This document shows positions 41,364 to 51,146 of a stretch of DNA of 64,000 nt, in pieces (the stretch's first letter is position 1; the number at the start of each line of letters is the position of its first letter). Source of the stretch: a virus (lineage: Duplodnaviria > Caudoviricetes); IMG/VR virus record IMGVR_UViG_3300027819_000006, one strand, 5' to 3'. The position numbers and the translations under genes are program-made. Below the pieces are notes generated by a model, which was not told where the DNA came from, searched no databases, and saw nothing but the letters and a program-made list of their open reading frames with translations.

Positions 41364-42977
41364 CTAAGCATCTATTATGGCATCTAAAAAATATTTTGGA
41401 AATAAATTTTTGTTCATTTTTAGCATATTATCGAAACAGGAGTCTAGAATGTAAGTTTTAGCATAATCATTTTCACTCCTTATAGATCTACCATAAGACT
41501 GTAATATTTCTGCTACAGATTTCCATTGATACCAGTCAGGCATAGTTTTCAATCTTTTCTTTACTTTTGGTGATGCTAAATTTGGAAATGGCACTTTGAC
41601 TATAATCTGAAATCTAGACAAGTCGTCTTTCAAATCTATACCATTTGTCATAGACGGAGATACAATCACTGAAGCATTTGTTGATTCATAATGCTCTTGT
41701 AGCTTGTCTTCTCTGTCATCTATATCGTGAAATATCAATCTATCATTATCAATACTGTGCATAATGATATTAGATATTTCGTAGCTATTAGTATGAATTA
41801 TGCCTTTTTCATTTTTGTGCTTATTCAAAATTGTATTTATAACTTGAGGTAAGTCTTTATAAGTATCATGTTTCTCTCTGTATGACAGCTTACCGATATC
41901 TAAATTGTACACCAATCTATTCTTGACTTCAAATGGAGAATCTAGACTCATATATGCTACATCTTGTTTTAGACCCATGTAATTTTTGAAGAAATTTTTA
42001 TTAAGAATAGTACCAGACATGAATATTACATGATCATAGTTCTTCCATATCATTTCTAGATGATCTTTGCCCCAGACTAATTCTGTTTTCAACACAGTCA
42101 AACCATCTTTATCTTTCTCTTTATAAAATACCCATTTTTCTGTATTATCTTCAGATTCATTTATAAATCTGTTAAATTTACAAATTACTTTATCTAAAAA
42201 TGAATAATCTTTTAATATTTTCAATTTTACATTTTGCACTGCAGCTAACTTGCATTGTTCTTTCAATTCTTTGTATCTAATATTTAAAACTGGTATTAGA
42301 TCATCAGTTACAAATTTAATATAAGTTTCTATTGATCCAATTCTATCAAGCTTAGACAGAAGTCTTGCATTTTTTATACCCCATCTGTTCATAGAACTTC
42401 TAGATATTGTGGAAGAAATGAATTCACAGAACACTTCTTCAAATGAATGTGCTTCATCTACGAATAGAACATTAGAACATCTTTTTTCTATAAATGTTGG
42501 AACATATATTAAATATGATAAGTAGACATGAAAATTTGCTAAACCCACTTTAGCATTTAAAAATTCTTCATATGCAGCTTTAGATGGACAGAAACTGCAT
42601 TCTGTTTTATTGAGCTTGTTTAAATCTTGTCCATCATCACAAGTCAGATTCCATTTTTCGCAGTTATAGTTATTCTTACCTTTGATACTTCTGATGAAAT
42701 CAAAATCAGCAGTATATTGATTTTGTAGAATTTTAGTATTAGTTAGAATATCAAATTTAGCATTTTTATCTATATTCTCAACATACCACTTCATTGCCAT
42801 GACAGCAAAATAACTCTTACCACACCCTACAGAAACGTCTAATAATAAAAATTTCTTCTTAGAATTGATTGACTCTTTGAAGAAATTTAACATCTGGTCT
42901 TGTTGCTGTCTTGGATTATGCTTTAGAGTGATCATAGAAAATAAATGAATGCACCTATTATAGGAATTTTGCTCCAT
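41364..42977 (-). CDS. DinG/XPD-like SF2 helicase
   Basis: VGCGKS, VDEAH, FMSGT, IIHTNSY, GIDL, KVPFP, QSYGRSIR. Confidence 0.88.
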   Translation of the reverse strand: MEQNSYNRCIHLFSMITLKHNPRQQQDQMLNFFKESINSKKKFLLLDVSVGCGKSYFAVMAMKWYVENIDKNAKFDILTNTKILQNQYTADFDFIRSIKGKNNYNCEKWNLTCDDGQDLNKLNKTECSFCPSKAAYEEFLNAKVGLANFHVYLSYLIYVPTFIEKRCSNVLFVDEAHSFEEVFCEFISSTISRSSMNRWGIKNARLLSKLDRIGSIETYIKFVTDDLIPVLNIRYKELKEQCKLAAVQNVKLKILKDYSFLDKVICKFNRFINESEDNTEKWVFYKEKDKDGLTVLKTELVWGKDHLEMIWKNYDHVIFMSGTILNKNFFKNYMGLKQDVAYMSLDSPFEVKNRLVYNLDIGKLSYREKHDTYKDLPQVINTILNKHKNEKGIIHTNSYEISNIIMHSIDNDRLIFHDIDDREDKLQEHYESTNASVIVSPSMTNGIDLKDDLSRFQIIVKVPFPNLASPKVKKRLKTMPDWYQWKSVAEILQSYGRSIRSENDYAKTYILDSCFDNMLKMNKNLFPKYFLDAIIDA

Positions 42978-43291
42978 TTATCAACAAATCTATCTTTCCA
43001 ATCTATTTCATTAGCTCGAATATAAATTCTATTTTCATCTTTTTCATCATACTCTATGTGATACAAATCAGTTTTAAAATATGCTTTACTTTCGCATAAC
43101 TTTATAATATGTTTTGCATCATCTACACATTCAATAGATATTTTTATATACTTTTTATCTCGCACTTTATCAAGCTCACGTAATCTTGAAAAATCAAAAT
43201 AGACGACTTTTTTTTCAGCATATTTTGCATTTTTCAATTGATTCAATTTATCTATGATTGAATCTACTATATCTTCTATACTTTCTGACAT
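42932..43291 (-). CDS. hypothetical protein
   Basis: 119-aa ORF. Confidence 0.5.
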   Translation of the reverse strand: MSESIEDIVDSIIDKLNQLKNAKYAEKKVVYFDFSRLRELDKVRDKKYIKISIECVDDAKHIIKLCESKAYFKTDLYHIEYDEKDENRIYIRANEIDWKDRFVDKWSKIPIIGAFIYFL

Positions 43292-43486
43292 TTATTCCTC
43301 TCTATTGTAATGAGACAAGTCTTTTATCAAATCTAAGTTTTTACCGCCTCTTCTTATATAATCTAATCCGCCGTCTGTAAATGTTTTATTTTCACATTTG
43401 CACATTTTAAAATCATGTCTATGCTTTGATTCTAAAATTTCTCCACAAGACAAACATTCACAGATATTTCTATACTGTTTTTGCAT
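43292..43486 (-). CDS. small Cys-rich phage protein
   Basis: CLSCGE..SKHRHDF..CKC...DGG..YIRR. Confidence 0.6.
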   Translation of the reverse strand: MQKQYRNICECLSCGEILESKHRHDFKMCKCENKTFTDGGLDYIRRGGKNLDLIKDLSHYNREE

Positions 43487-43948
43487 TTACTTATCTCCAT
43501 AAATCCACACAATTGGCCACAAAAATCCAACTTTTCTTATTTCAATATCTCTTTTAGCATCTACTACAGCACATCTTGCATTTGCCAAATCTTTATTTGC
43601 TTGTGCTAATTGATCTACAATAGTTCTAATTGGAGAATCAGCATTTGCTACTACGAGTAGATTGCCATTATCTATATTTTTATTATCTTTGATTAGTCCA
43701 GATAGTTCTTTGACTCTGTTATCAAGAATCTGAATTCTTTCAAATTGTGTCCTGAGAGTTGCTAAGTTTTTAAAATGGCTATCTGAATTTACAGCAAATA
43801 TCAGCGAAGAAAATAAAAATAGTACTATAGAAAAGAATGCATAAATTCCAGTTTCAAAATGCTCATTATCACTATTTGTTTCATTTCTTCTAATATATGC
43901 TAAACTTGCAAATAATAAGCATATAGAATATAAAAATATGAATAACAT
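43487..43948 (-). CDS. hypothetical membrane protein
   Basis: Two N-terminal TM helices plus a coiled coil. Confidence 0.55.
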   Translation of the reverse strand: MLFIFLYSICLLFASLAYIRRNETNSDNEHFETGIYAFFSIVLFLFSSLIFAVNSDSHFKNLATLRTQFERIQILDNRVKELSGLIKDNKNIDNGNLLVVANADSPIRTIVDQLAQANKDLANARCAVVDAKRDIEIRKVGFLWPIVWIYGDK

Positions 43949-43961
43949 TTCTATCTCCCTT

Positions 43962-44252
43962 TTAATTTCCAGATGACAGCATCAAAGTTTCTACAGAACC
44001 TAAAATTCTACTAATCATTCTTTTGTGATTTTCACAAGTTCTGATTTTATGTCTTATAAGAGATAGTTCTCCTCTTTGCTTATTTTCTAATGCTTCTGAC
44101 ATTTCATTGTGCAGAACAGAAATGTTCAAAGACTCTCCATCGTACTTCTTCCTTAATTGTAGCAGAATTTGCTCATAAGTAATATTATCTTCAGTATGAT
44201 TCATATGTAGTAGTGTCTTATAAAAGCTGTGCATTAGTGATATCTGAGCCAT
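43962..44252 (-). CDS. hypothetical protein
   Basis: 96-aa ORF. Confidence 0.45.
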   Translation of the reverse strand: MAQISLMHSFYKTLLHMNHTEDNITYEQILLQLRKKYDGESLNISVLHNEMSEALENKQRGELSLIRHKIRTCENHKRMISRILGSVETLMLSSGN

Positions 44253-45333
44253 CTTTTGTCTCAGAAAATATGATCTTGTTCAATCCAGTCTCTACTTTTG
44301 TGATTCTTTCTAAATTCTCTAAAAATCTCTGTGGTGTTCTGTAAGTCTTCAATTCTCTGTTAAATACAAATCTATACGGATTCAGTTCTATTTCTCTTGG
44401 TATCTGCCTTAGCACATCCATTTTATTGAATATTACATGAGTGCCTCCAATAGATTTAACAGCATGAATAATCTTGTCTAGATTCATTACACCAATTTTT
44501 CTTGGTCTACCAGTAGTTTCACCAACTTCTTGACCGATGTCTCTGATTAGAGATTCCATTCCTTTTTTAAAGATATATTCAAATGGTTGTTCTTTGAAGC
44601 CAGAATAAGTAGAATATACTTTACAAACTGCATATACATTTCTCAATAAGCTAACTGGCATGTTAAAAGTAGTAAAAAAATGTCCGGGATGCAAATGTGA
44701 GCTAGTGCAATATGGATAGGAGTCAGAATCTATAGAAATTTGCATCCCTTGACTCCCTTCTAGCAAACAGTTACCAGAAAACTTAGTACATTTATTGTGG
44801 TAGAAATCATCTTGTTCCATGTATACATCTTTTATTGTAAATCTGTCATTATACTGTTCTGATTTACCTGATTCAAATTCTTGATCTTTTATATCTTTTA
44901 ATCTAATTCCTGTTCTATTATATTTGTCGACATAGCATGGACCAATGCCTTGTCTAGTAGTTCCTATTTTTATATCTTTTCCATCATCCTCCAAATTCTT
45001 ATCAGTTATAATATGACACTTTGAAGATATAAACATTCTATCTTTTAGATCAAATATATTATAAAATTTATCATATTCATCAAAAAATTTCTTCAAATTT
45101 ATACAGCAGCCGGGTCCAATGATCACGTTTGTGCTCTTATTATATATTCCCGAAGATAGAAGATGGGTTACATATTTCTGCCCATCTGCATATACAGAAT
45201 GTCCAGCATTGCTCCCACCTGAATATCGGATACAATTTTTATAGTTTTCTGTATCGATGAGTCTTTTAGAAATCTTTCCCTTCGATTCGTCGCCTTTGTC
45301 TATTCCTATAACTGCATCTACAAATTTTATCAT
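44218..45333 (-). CDS. purA: Adenylosuccinate synthetase
   Basis: GDESKGK, GGSNAGH, GTTRQGIGPCY, EGSQG, TTGRPR, NKMDVL. Confidence 0.9.
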   Translation of the reverse strand: MIKFVDAVIGIDKGDESKGKISKRLIDTENYKNCIRYSGGSNAGHSVYADGQKYVTHLLSSGIYNKSTNVIIGPGCCINLKKFFDEYDKFYNIFDLKDRMFISSKCHIITDKNLEDDGKDIKIGTTRQGIGPCYVDKYNRTGIRLKDIKDQEFESGKSEQYNDRFTIKDVYMEQDDFYHNKCTKFSGNCLLEGSQGMQISIDSDSYPYCTSSHLHPGHFFTTFNMPVSLLRNVYAVCKVYSTYSGFKEQPFEYIFKKGMESLIRDIGQEVGETTGRPRKIGVMNLDKIIHAVKSIGGTHVIFNKMDVLRQIPREIELNPYRFVFNRELKTYRTPQRFLENLERITKVETGLNKIIFSETKDGSDITNAQLL

Positions 45334-46320
45334 AAAATCTTCAATTCTTTTAATTTATTTTTATCCCATAGTTCGATTGGAATTTTGATACACTCCTGTA
45401 ATAGTGCAGGATATTTTTCACTACCATCAAACCATCCTTTAACCTCTATTATTTTTAATATTTCCTTCTATATCATAAACTATAAAATCTGGTAAATAAC
45501 TTCTATCTCTTATTATACATATTCTAAATTGTTCATATTTCCAAATAATGTTATTATTGTCGAAATATTTAGCGACTTTTGCTTCCCAAGTAGATTTAAA
45601 ACATATACCATTATAATATATTTTCTTTCCATGAGCTCTTGGTTTGCCAAATCTGGGATTTTTAATCCCTTTGGCCACTCCCTTTGATTTTCTTGTATTG
45701 GAAACACTATTTGCTAATTTTATCAGCCTAACATCTGTTTCTTTAGTTAGCCCTTTTTGCCAAGATGTCCAGCCATTAGCTACTAATTCTTTTTTTCTAT
45801 CAGACATTCTTTTTTTAGTTTCTTCAGAATGATTTCTACCATAAAAAGAAGCATTCTCGCCTGTACAGGAACCTGTCAATATTTTAGTCATGCATCCTTT
45901 TTCATGCCATTCTCTAAATTTTTCATCTGTATCTTTAGTCTTTCCTTTTTGCCAATTCACTATATTTCCTAAAGCATACCCCTCTTTTATAACTTTCGAC
46001 ATATTGCTTCTATATTCTTCAGAAAATATTCGATGAGAATTTCTACAACCATAACACATATTGCACTCTGCTTTAACTTCATTAAGACATCCTTGAACAG
46101 CGCAATAATATGTTAAAGAAGCTACACATTCAGAGCATCTATCTCCTCTATATCCAGTTACTTTGCTTAATATATCTCCACAAGTAGTGCATCTTTTTCT
46201 GTTTTTATTATATTCTGCTGCTTCACATTCTTTGCAAAATTTACTTTTTCTTCTACCATCATAAATATTGTTGCATATATCAAAATTTGAACATTTCGTT
46301 ACTCTCATCTTCTTCTCCAA
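45330..46320 (-). CDS. Cys-rich/NUMOD3 + PD-(D/E)XK endonuclease (frameshift near 45445)
   Basis: WQKGLTKET repeats; FKSTWE...YLPDF, then a shifted frame IIEVKGWF. Confidence 0.78.
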
Positions 46321-46321
46321 C

Positions 46322-46415
46322 TAGTAAAGCCGATTAGTATCATCCTGATAGGGTATCCTACTGGCTAATCGGCTTTACTACAAAGTATATTTATGATTAA
46401 CCTATCAGAATGATA
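46322..46415 (-). promoter_or_regulatory. Structured two-stem leader, copy 4
   Basis: Inverted repeats 46322-46337/46365-46380 and 46338-46352/46401-46415; covaries with copy 1. Confidence 0.85.
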
Positions 46416-46449
46416 ATATAAATATACTCTTGGAGAAAAATAGTACATT

Positions 46450-46508
46450 TTAAGGTTGTAACTTTGCCTCATCGCCTGCCTCCCCTCATAGACGCAATCT
46501 ACATACAT
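46450..46508 (-). pseudogene. Truncated duplicate N-terminus of purA
   Basis: MYVDCVYEG, then after a 1-nt slip AGDEAKLQP*; compare MIKFVDAVIGIDKGDESKGK. Confidence 0.65.
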
Positions 46509-46512
46509 GCTT

Positions 46513-46818
46513 CTATTTCCTTTCTAACAATCCTTTTCTCAACTTTGCAATGAAATAATCTACACAATCTACTAAATCGTCAGAATCACTGTATTTATCT
46601 GCATAGTAATTCACAATCTTTGTTATCTGTTCACAGTTAAAATTCAGCATTCTAAATGCTTCATTTTTATCATGCTCTTTGATAACTTCTGGATAGTTAT
46701 CTGTTATAAATTTCTTACATTTTGCCATAGCTTCATCACATGCAGTAGATCTATCTGGCCACATTCTAGTTGCATATTCTACTTCTAGTATGTTCTCATA
46801 TAGCTCTAAAATGTTCAT
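46513..46818 (-). CDS. hypothetical protein
   Basis: 101-aa ORF. Confidence 0.5.
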   Translation of the reverse strand: MNILELYENILEVEYATRMWPDRSTACDEAMAKCKKFITDNYPEVIKEHDKNEAFRMLNFNCEQITKIVNYYADKYSDSDDLVDCVDYFIAKLRKGLLERK

Positions 46819-47000
46819 TATTCCTCCGCTACTGATATTTCAAAAATTTCATAGCCAAAGTTCTTAGCATAGAAATGCTCTTTCATTTCTTCATCTGCAT
46901 CTTCATAGCTATCATATAGTTTAACTTCATCATTCTCTTCTTCTATGGGTATTATTTTAGTGCCCTTCTGGTTGAACATCATCACGAAGAACATAGTTTT

Positions 47001-48713
47001 TCACTTTCTAATTGAGAATTCATACAGTTTATTTTCAGAGTAGACTACTACTTTCTGTCCATTATTGCTAATTATCATATTGTCTAGCAGCTTGCTGTCT
47101 TTTATGACTATGTTTCTATCATCTGACATGGCAGAATAGAATATTTCTATTGCTTTATCTTCTATTTGAGAAATAGCTATTCCAGTATCGAGTACAGTGA
47201 AATTAACATCTTCAAAATCAATGTCTTCTACTAACTGAGATTTATATGTTTTGAATTCTTCATTGAATTTTACTGTCAGTTTATATTTAATTCCATCCTT
47301 GAACATTATAAACATAATAATATTCTTACATTTTTTAGCATTCAATATCTTATAACCATCTAATTCTTTGACATGCAAAATAGAGCAGCTAGATCTATTA
47401 TTGAAATAGTACGGAATACTCAAATGTATTCTGCCAAATATATCTGTAGCGCAGAATTCACTATAGATAGTTGTAGCATTTTCTAATATATCCCAACTAT
47501 TCTTCACATTTGGAATGATTCTTCCATTTATTTCTTTGAACTGTATTTCTGATAATTTTCCAGCACTTATAGCATATAGTCTGTTTTCAGATACAAATTT
47601 CTTGTTCACTGCAATAAATACATTGTTTAGCATTTTCTTTTTGTTGCAGTTAAATTCTAATAGTCTATTCTTTACGCTAACAGCAATCCATACATCTTCA
47701 TCTAAAAATATTATATGATCATCTTTATTGCAGTTTGTAGTTATATGATTGAACAGAAATTTGTCTGACATGAATACAGCATCTCTGTTAAAAACATTTT
47801 TATAGAATGTAATATCTGATCCATATGTTTTTAATAGCTTGAATTCAAATTTATCACTACCAGTAATTACTTGAGTTGAAGATCTAACCACTGTAAATGC
47901 ACCGGTTACATATGGAGGCGCTAATCTTTCTCCTTTTTCAAATATTTTTAGAAACCATTCTTTGTAGTCTCCAGGAATGTGTGAAAAATTTCTAACATTT
48001 GCAGGTACAGATACATCTTTATTGAAGACAGAGATATTAGACTTCATTCTGCCCTCTAAATCTTTTTTCTGAAATTTTGGATGTGTTCCTTTATATGGAT
48101 GAATGCCTACAAACATCTGACAAGATATGATTCCAAAGCTGAACCAGTCAGATTCAGCATTGAATTGTTTAGCATGCCAGTCTCTGATAGATGGCATAAT
48201 TACAGTAGCAGGATAATGTGGAGTCTGATATGAATCTACATCTATGAAATATGGAATTTTAAATTTTTCATCTACTAAAAAATTGAAATCATTACAATCT
48301 ACAATCAGACATTTCTTGTCATGAATGAATTGAATAGTAGATTGCATCTCTTTTGTAAGTTCTAATATAATATTGGCATTTATACTATTCTGTGTCCAAA
48401 ATGAATTAGCAAATAGCTTGCACAGAGGCAGAGTATTTTCTACATAATCCATAGTAAAGCCAATATATTTGCTTTTTGAATCAAATATTTGATCTTTAGG
48501 GATTAGAACATTATTTTTATTTAAGCTTTTTAATTCTTGTATTTTATCAATAGCTATAGCATGTTTAGCATCTTGATATATTTTATAGACTACTCCATTC
48601 TTAGAATATAAATCTGCCTCTCCCCCAGCTCCAAGGAAATCGTTTTGAGAAAGAATAGTTTTAATTCCAGCTACAGAAACACTTAATTTGCTATTCATCT
48701 CTATTCTCCACAA
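47001..48713 (-). CDS. Ser/Thr protein kinase-like protein with beta-rich C-terminus
   Basis: LGAGGEA, VYKIY, IVDCNDFNFLV, FIDVDS, SDWFSF, GIHPYKG. Confidence 0.85.
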   Translation of the reverse strand: MWRIEMNSKLSVSVAGIKTILSQNDFLGAGGEADLYSKNGVVYKIYQDAKHAIAIDKIQELKSLNKNNVLIPKDQIFDSKSKYIGFTMDYVENTLPLCKLFANSFWTQNSINANIILELTKEMQSTIQFIHDKKCLIVDCNDFNFLVDEKFKIPYFIDVDSYQTPHYPATVIMPSIRDWHAKQFNAESDWFSFGIISCQMFVGIHPYKGTHPKFQKKDLEGRMKSNISVFNKDVSVPANVRNFSHIPGDYKEWFLKIFEKGERLAPPYVTGAFTVVRSSTQVITGSDKFEFKLLKTYGSDITFYKNVFNRDAVFMSDKFLFNHITTNCNKDDHIIFLDEDVWIAVSVKNRLLEFNCNKKKMLNNVFIAVNKKFVSENRLYAISAGKLSEIQFKEINGRIIPNVKNSWDILENATTIYSEFCATDIFGRIHLSIPYYFNNRSSCSILHVKELDGYKILNAKKCKNIIMFIMFKDGIKYKLTVKFNEEFKTYKSQLVEDIDFEDVNFTVLDTGIAISQIEDKAIEIFYSAMSDDRNIVIKDSKLLDNMIISNNGQKVVVYSENKLYEFSIRK

Positions 48714-49501
48714 TAAATAGCTGCTACAGACACATCGTCATAGTTGACAATTCCTTCTTTTTCATAATCTTTCATCAGTTTATACATTCGTCTTTTGACA
48801 AATTCACCAGTGTGATTCTTGAATGCTATAACATCTTTTACTACTCTGTCTATTGGAATATTTTCACCAGTGCTTTTGTTGAAGAAAGAAGATAATCCAT
48901 CAGAAGCAATGCAGACATATTTCAGATTTTTATATTGATGATCTCTAATCGTAAAAGTATAATCAAACGCATCGTTAAAATATTTGATCTCTTCTTCTAT
49001 TTTGTTATTGAAATATAGTTTTTCACTTTTTATAGAAACACTAGTTAACGAAGCTATATACTGATTTTGTCTATCTATATCGAAATAGTAACTTAAATAG
49101 AATGGAGCATTGTTAGAATATTTCAGTTCATAATGATATGTTTCATCATTTCCGTAACAAAATATTAGATTACCATCGCCAAAAATTTTTACATCTACAA
49201 GATCATCATTTACCTTACAAATTATTAGCGTTGCATCTAAACTTTCTTGCTCTAATCCTAATCTATCAATTGTTTCTTTACAATGTTCAAATACAGATAT
49301 ATCAAAATCATCATCTCTAACATGTCTTAGTACTTCTTTTTTAAAATGTTGTAACAACACTCTTGCTCCAATATCTGTATTTGGAGAAGATGAACAACCA
49401 TCTCCAATCATTACAAAAGGAAATGGTTTCATTACAGATAGAGCATAATCTTGACAGATGTGATGTTGTCTAGTTCCTGTGAAGAAACAGTCAGAGTTCA
49501 T
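48701..49501 (-). CDS. PP2C-like phosphatase
   Basis: ICQDYA, GDGCSS, LDATL, FGDG, IASDG, DDVSVA. Confidence 0.85.
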   Translation of the reverse strand: MNSDCFFTGTRQHHICQDYALSVMKPFPFVMIGDGCSSSPNTDIGARVLLQHFKKEVLRHVRDDDFDISVFEHCKETIDRLGLEQESLDATLIICKVNDDLVDVKIFGDGNLIFCYGNDETYHYELKYSNNAPFYLSYYFDIDRQNQYIASLTSVSIKSEKLYFNNKIEEEIKYFNDAFDYTFTIRDHQYKNLKYVCIASDGLSSFFNKSTGENIPIDRVVKDVIAFKNHTGEFVKRRMYKLMKDYEKEGIVNYDDVSVAAIYCGE

Positions 49502-49503
49502 AG

Positions 49504-49851
49504 TTAATATGTTTCTTTATAGAGATAGCTCATAACATCAAGTAAAGAATGAATGACACCTCTTAATCTGTCAATTTCATTTTCTAATTCTCTATCAGAT
49601 CCATACATCATATCTTGAAGATTGTTTCTATCTCTTTCTACTGTCTCAATAATATCTACTAACTCTTCTTTCAATATATTATCTAACTGTGTTCTGTCTA
49701 TATTGATTCTTAGATGCTCTGTTTTATGCTTATCGACAATATTTTTGAAAGTTCTTTTTCTATTTCTTTTTTCATAGTCTTTTTCATTTTCTCTTGGAGC
49801 AGTAGCAGCTAATAGAGCATCTATTTCATCTTGACTTAGAATATCTGGCAT
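49504..49851 (-). CDS. Hypothetical protein with a FliM/FliY-like N-terminal peptide
   Basis: Starts MPDILSQDEIDALL, followed by a coiled coil. Confidence 0.6.
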   Translation of the reverse strand: MPDILSQDEIDALLAATAPRENEKDYEKRNRKRTFKNIVDKHKTEHLRINIDRTQLDNILKEELVDIIETVERDRNNLQDMMYGSDRELENEIDRLRGVIHSLLDVMSYLYKETY

Positions 49852-49860
49852 TCAATGCTC

Positions 49861-51034
49861 CTAAAATGTTAATTGCTGTGATTTGTTGTTTATAATACAA
49901 TTTAAATCTTCTTTAAATAAAATATGATATATTTTAGATTCTTTTTCATATAAACGCAAAAAATTTGCTATTTTTACTTTGCTGTTTTCATATGTATAAA
50001 TTGATTTAACTTCTTCTATTCTTATCAAATTATCATTTTCGTCATATATGAAAAAATCGGGAGTATATGTAGTTCCATCTAGTTTATAAGTTATTTCTTC
50101 ATATTTTGATATAGAATCTAAAAATTGAGCTCTTTCTAGTTCATAAGATGATTTTAAATATGTTTTGTTATATATTTTGTCCATCTATCAGTATTAGTGT
50201 ATTTATCATGCCACATTAATAAAGCTGTTTTCAAACCATATTTTTCAATCCAAACATCGAAAACAGATTTACCATACATTCCATTATTTTTACCATAAGT
50301 TGGGCAAGTTTCGCCTGTCAGACCTAATCTGTACGGAATAATTTCTCCTGAAGCATATTTTATTTTTAATGCGTCAGAAATATTTTTTTACATTCATCTG
50401 ATAGAGGAATTCCAAAACTGTGTGATAATTCTCCAGTAAGACCTTTATTCCACTGAATTCTGCCATTAGCAAATTGATCTTTTAACGTTATAGATACATT
50501 TTCTGACTGTTTTCTAACTCCGTCGCTAGTTTCTTTAGTGAGACCAGTATTCCACTGAATTCTTTCATTGGCAAACTGATATTTTAAAGTTTCTGAAATC
50601 TGCTGCTTCTCTTCTTCAGTGTGTAATCTTCCAAAATTATGGCATAGTTCTCCAGTCAATCCATAATTCCATGCATTTTCTCCTCTAGTTTTTTCATTTC
50701 TGTCTTCCCATCTCCCACTTCCTTCTTCTTCTCCATATTTTTCTATTATTACATTTTTTATTCCTCTACAAAAGACACTATGTTCTGACATATATTCAGA
50801 TAATTTGTAGTTATTACACTTCCGACATAGTTCTGCACTTCTGTTCTTTTTGTTTCCACATTTGCAAAATTTTAAAGATAGATAATACGATAAATTAGTG
50901 TTATTTTTTATTTCGATACTGAGATCTTCTATTTTATTAATGTTTTTATCTATTTTATAGTCACATTCTTTACAAACATTAGTAATATTGTTGAGCGATA
51001 ATTTGTTTGTGTTGCATATGCTGCATAATTTCAA
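49861..51034 (-). pseudogene. NUMOD3 + PD-(D/E)XK endonuclease with several frameshifts
   Basis: WNxGLT(G/K)E repeats in 50366..51034; LKSSYE...YTPDF...IEEVK in 49861..50184; shifted frames link the two. Confidence 0.75.
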
Positions 51035-51046
51035 GTTATTTCTCCA

Positions 51047-51128
51047 AATAATAAAGCCTATAGTAATTGGTACAGAAATAATATTGCTATTAAGTCTTCA
51101 CTATAGGCTTTATTATTTCTGTACCAAT
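51047..51128 (-). promoter_or_regulatory. Structured two-stem leader, copy 5
   Basis: Inverted repeats 51047-51064/51100-51117 and 51066-51080/51114-51128. Confidence 0.75.
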
Positions 51129-51146
51129 ATAAATATATTAAGAAAA

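Noticed and set aside
44218-45333. PurZ (2-aminoadenine, Z-genome pathway)
   Set aside because: The protein keeps the PurA Asp in GDExKGK (PurZ has Ser there), and no DatZ/MazZ neighbours were recognised.
46322-46415. Leader as an HDV-like, hammerhead or twister ribozyme
   Set aside because: There is no P4/J4-2 segment between S1b and S2b and no CUGANGA/GAAA core; the topology does not match. Novel catalysis is not excluded.
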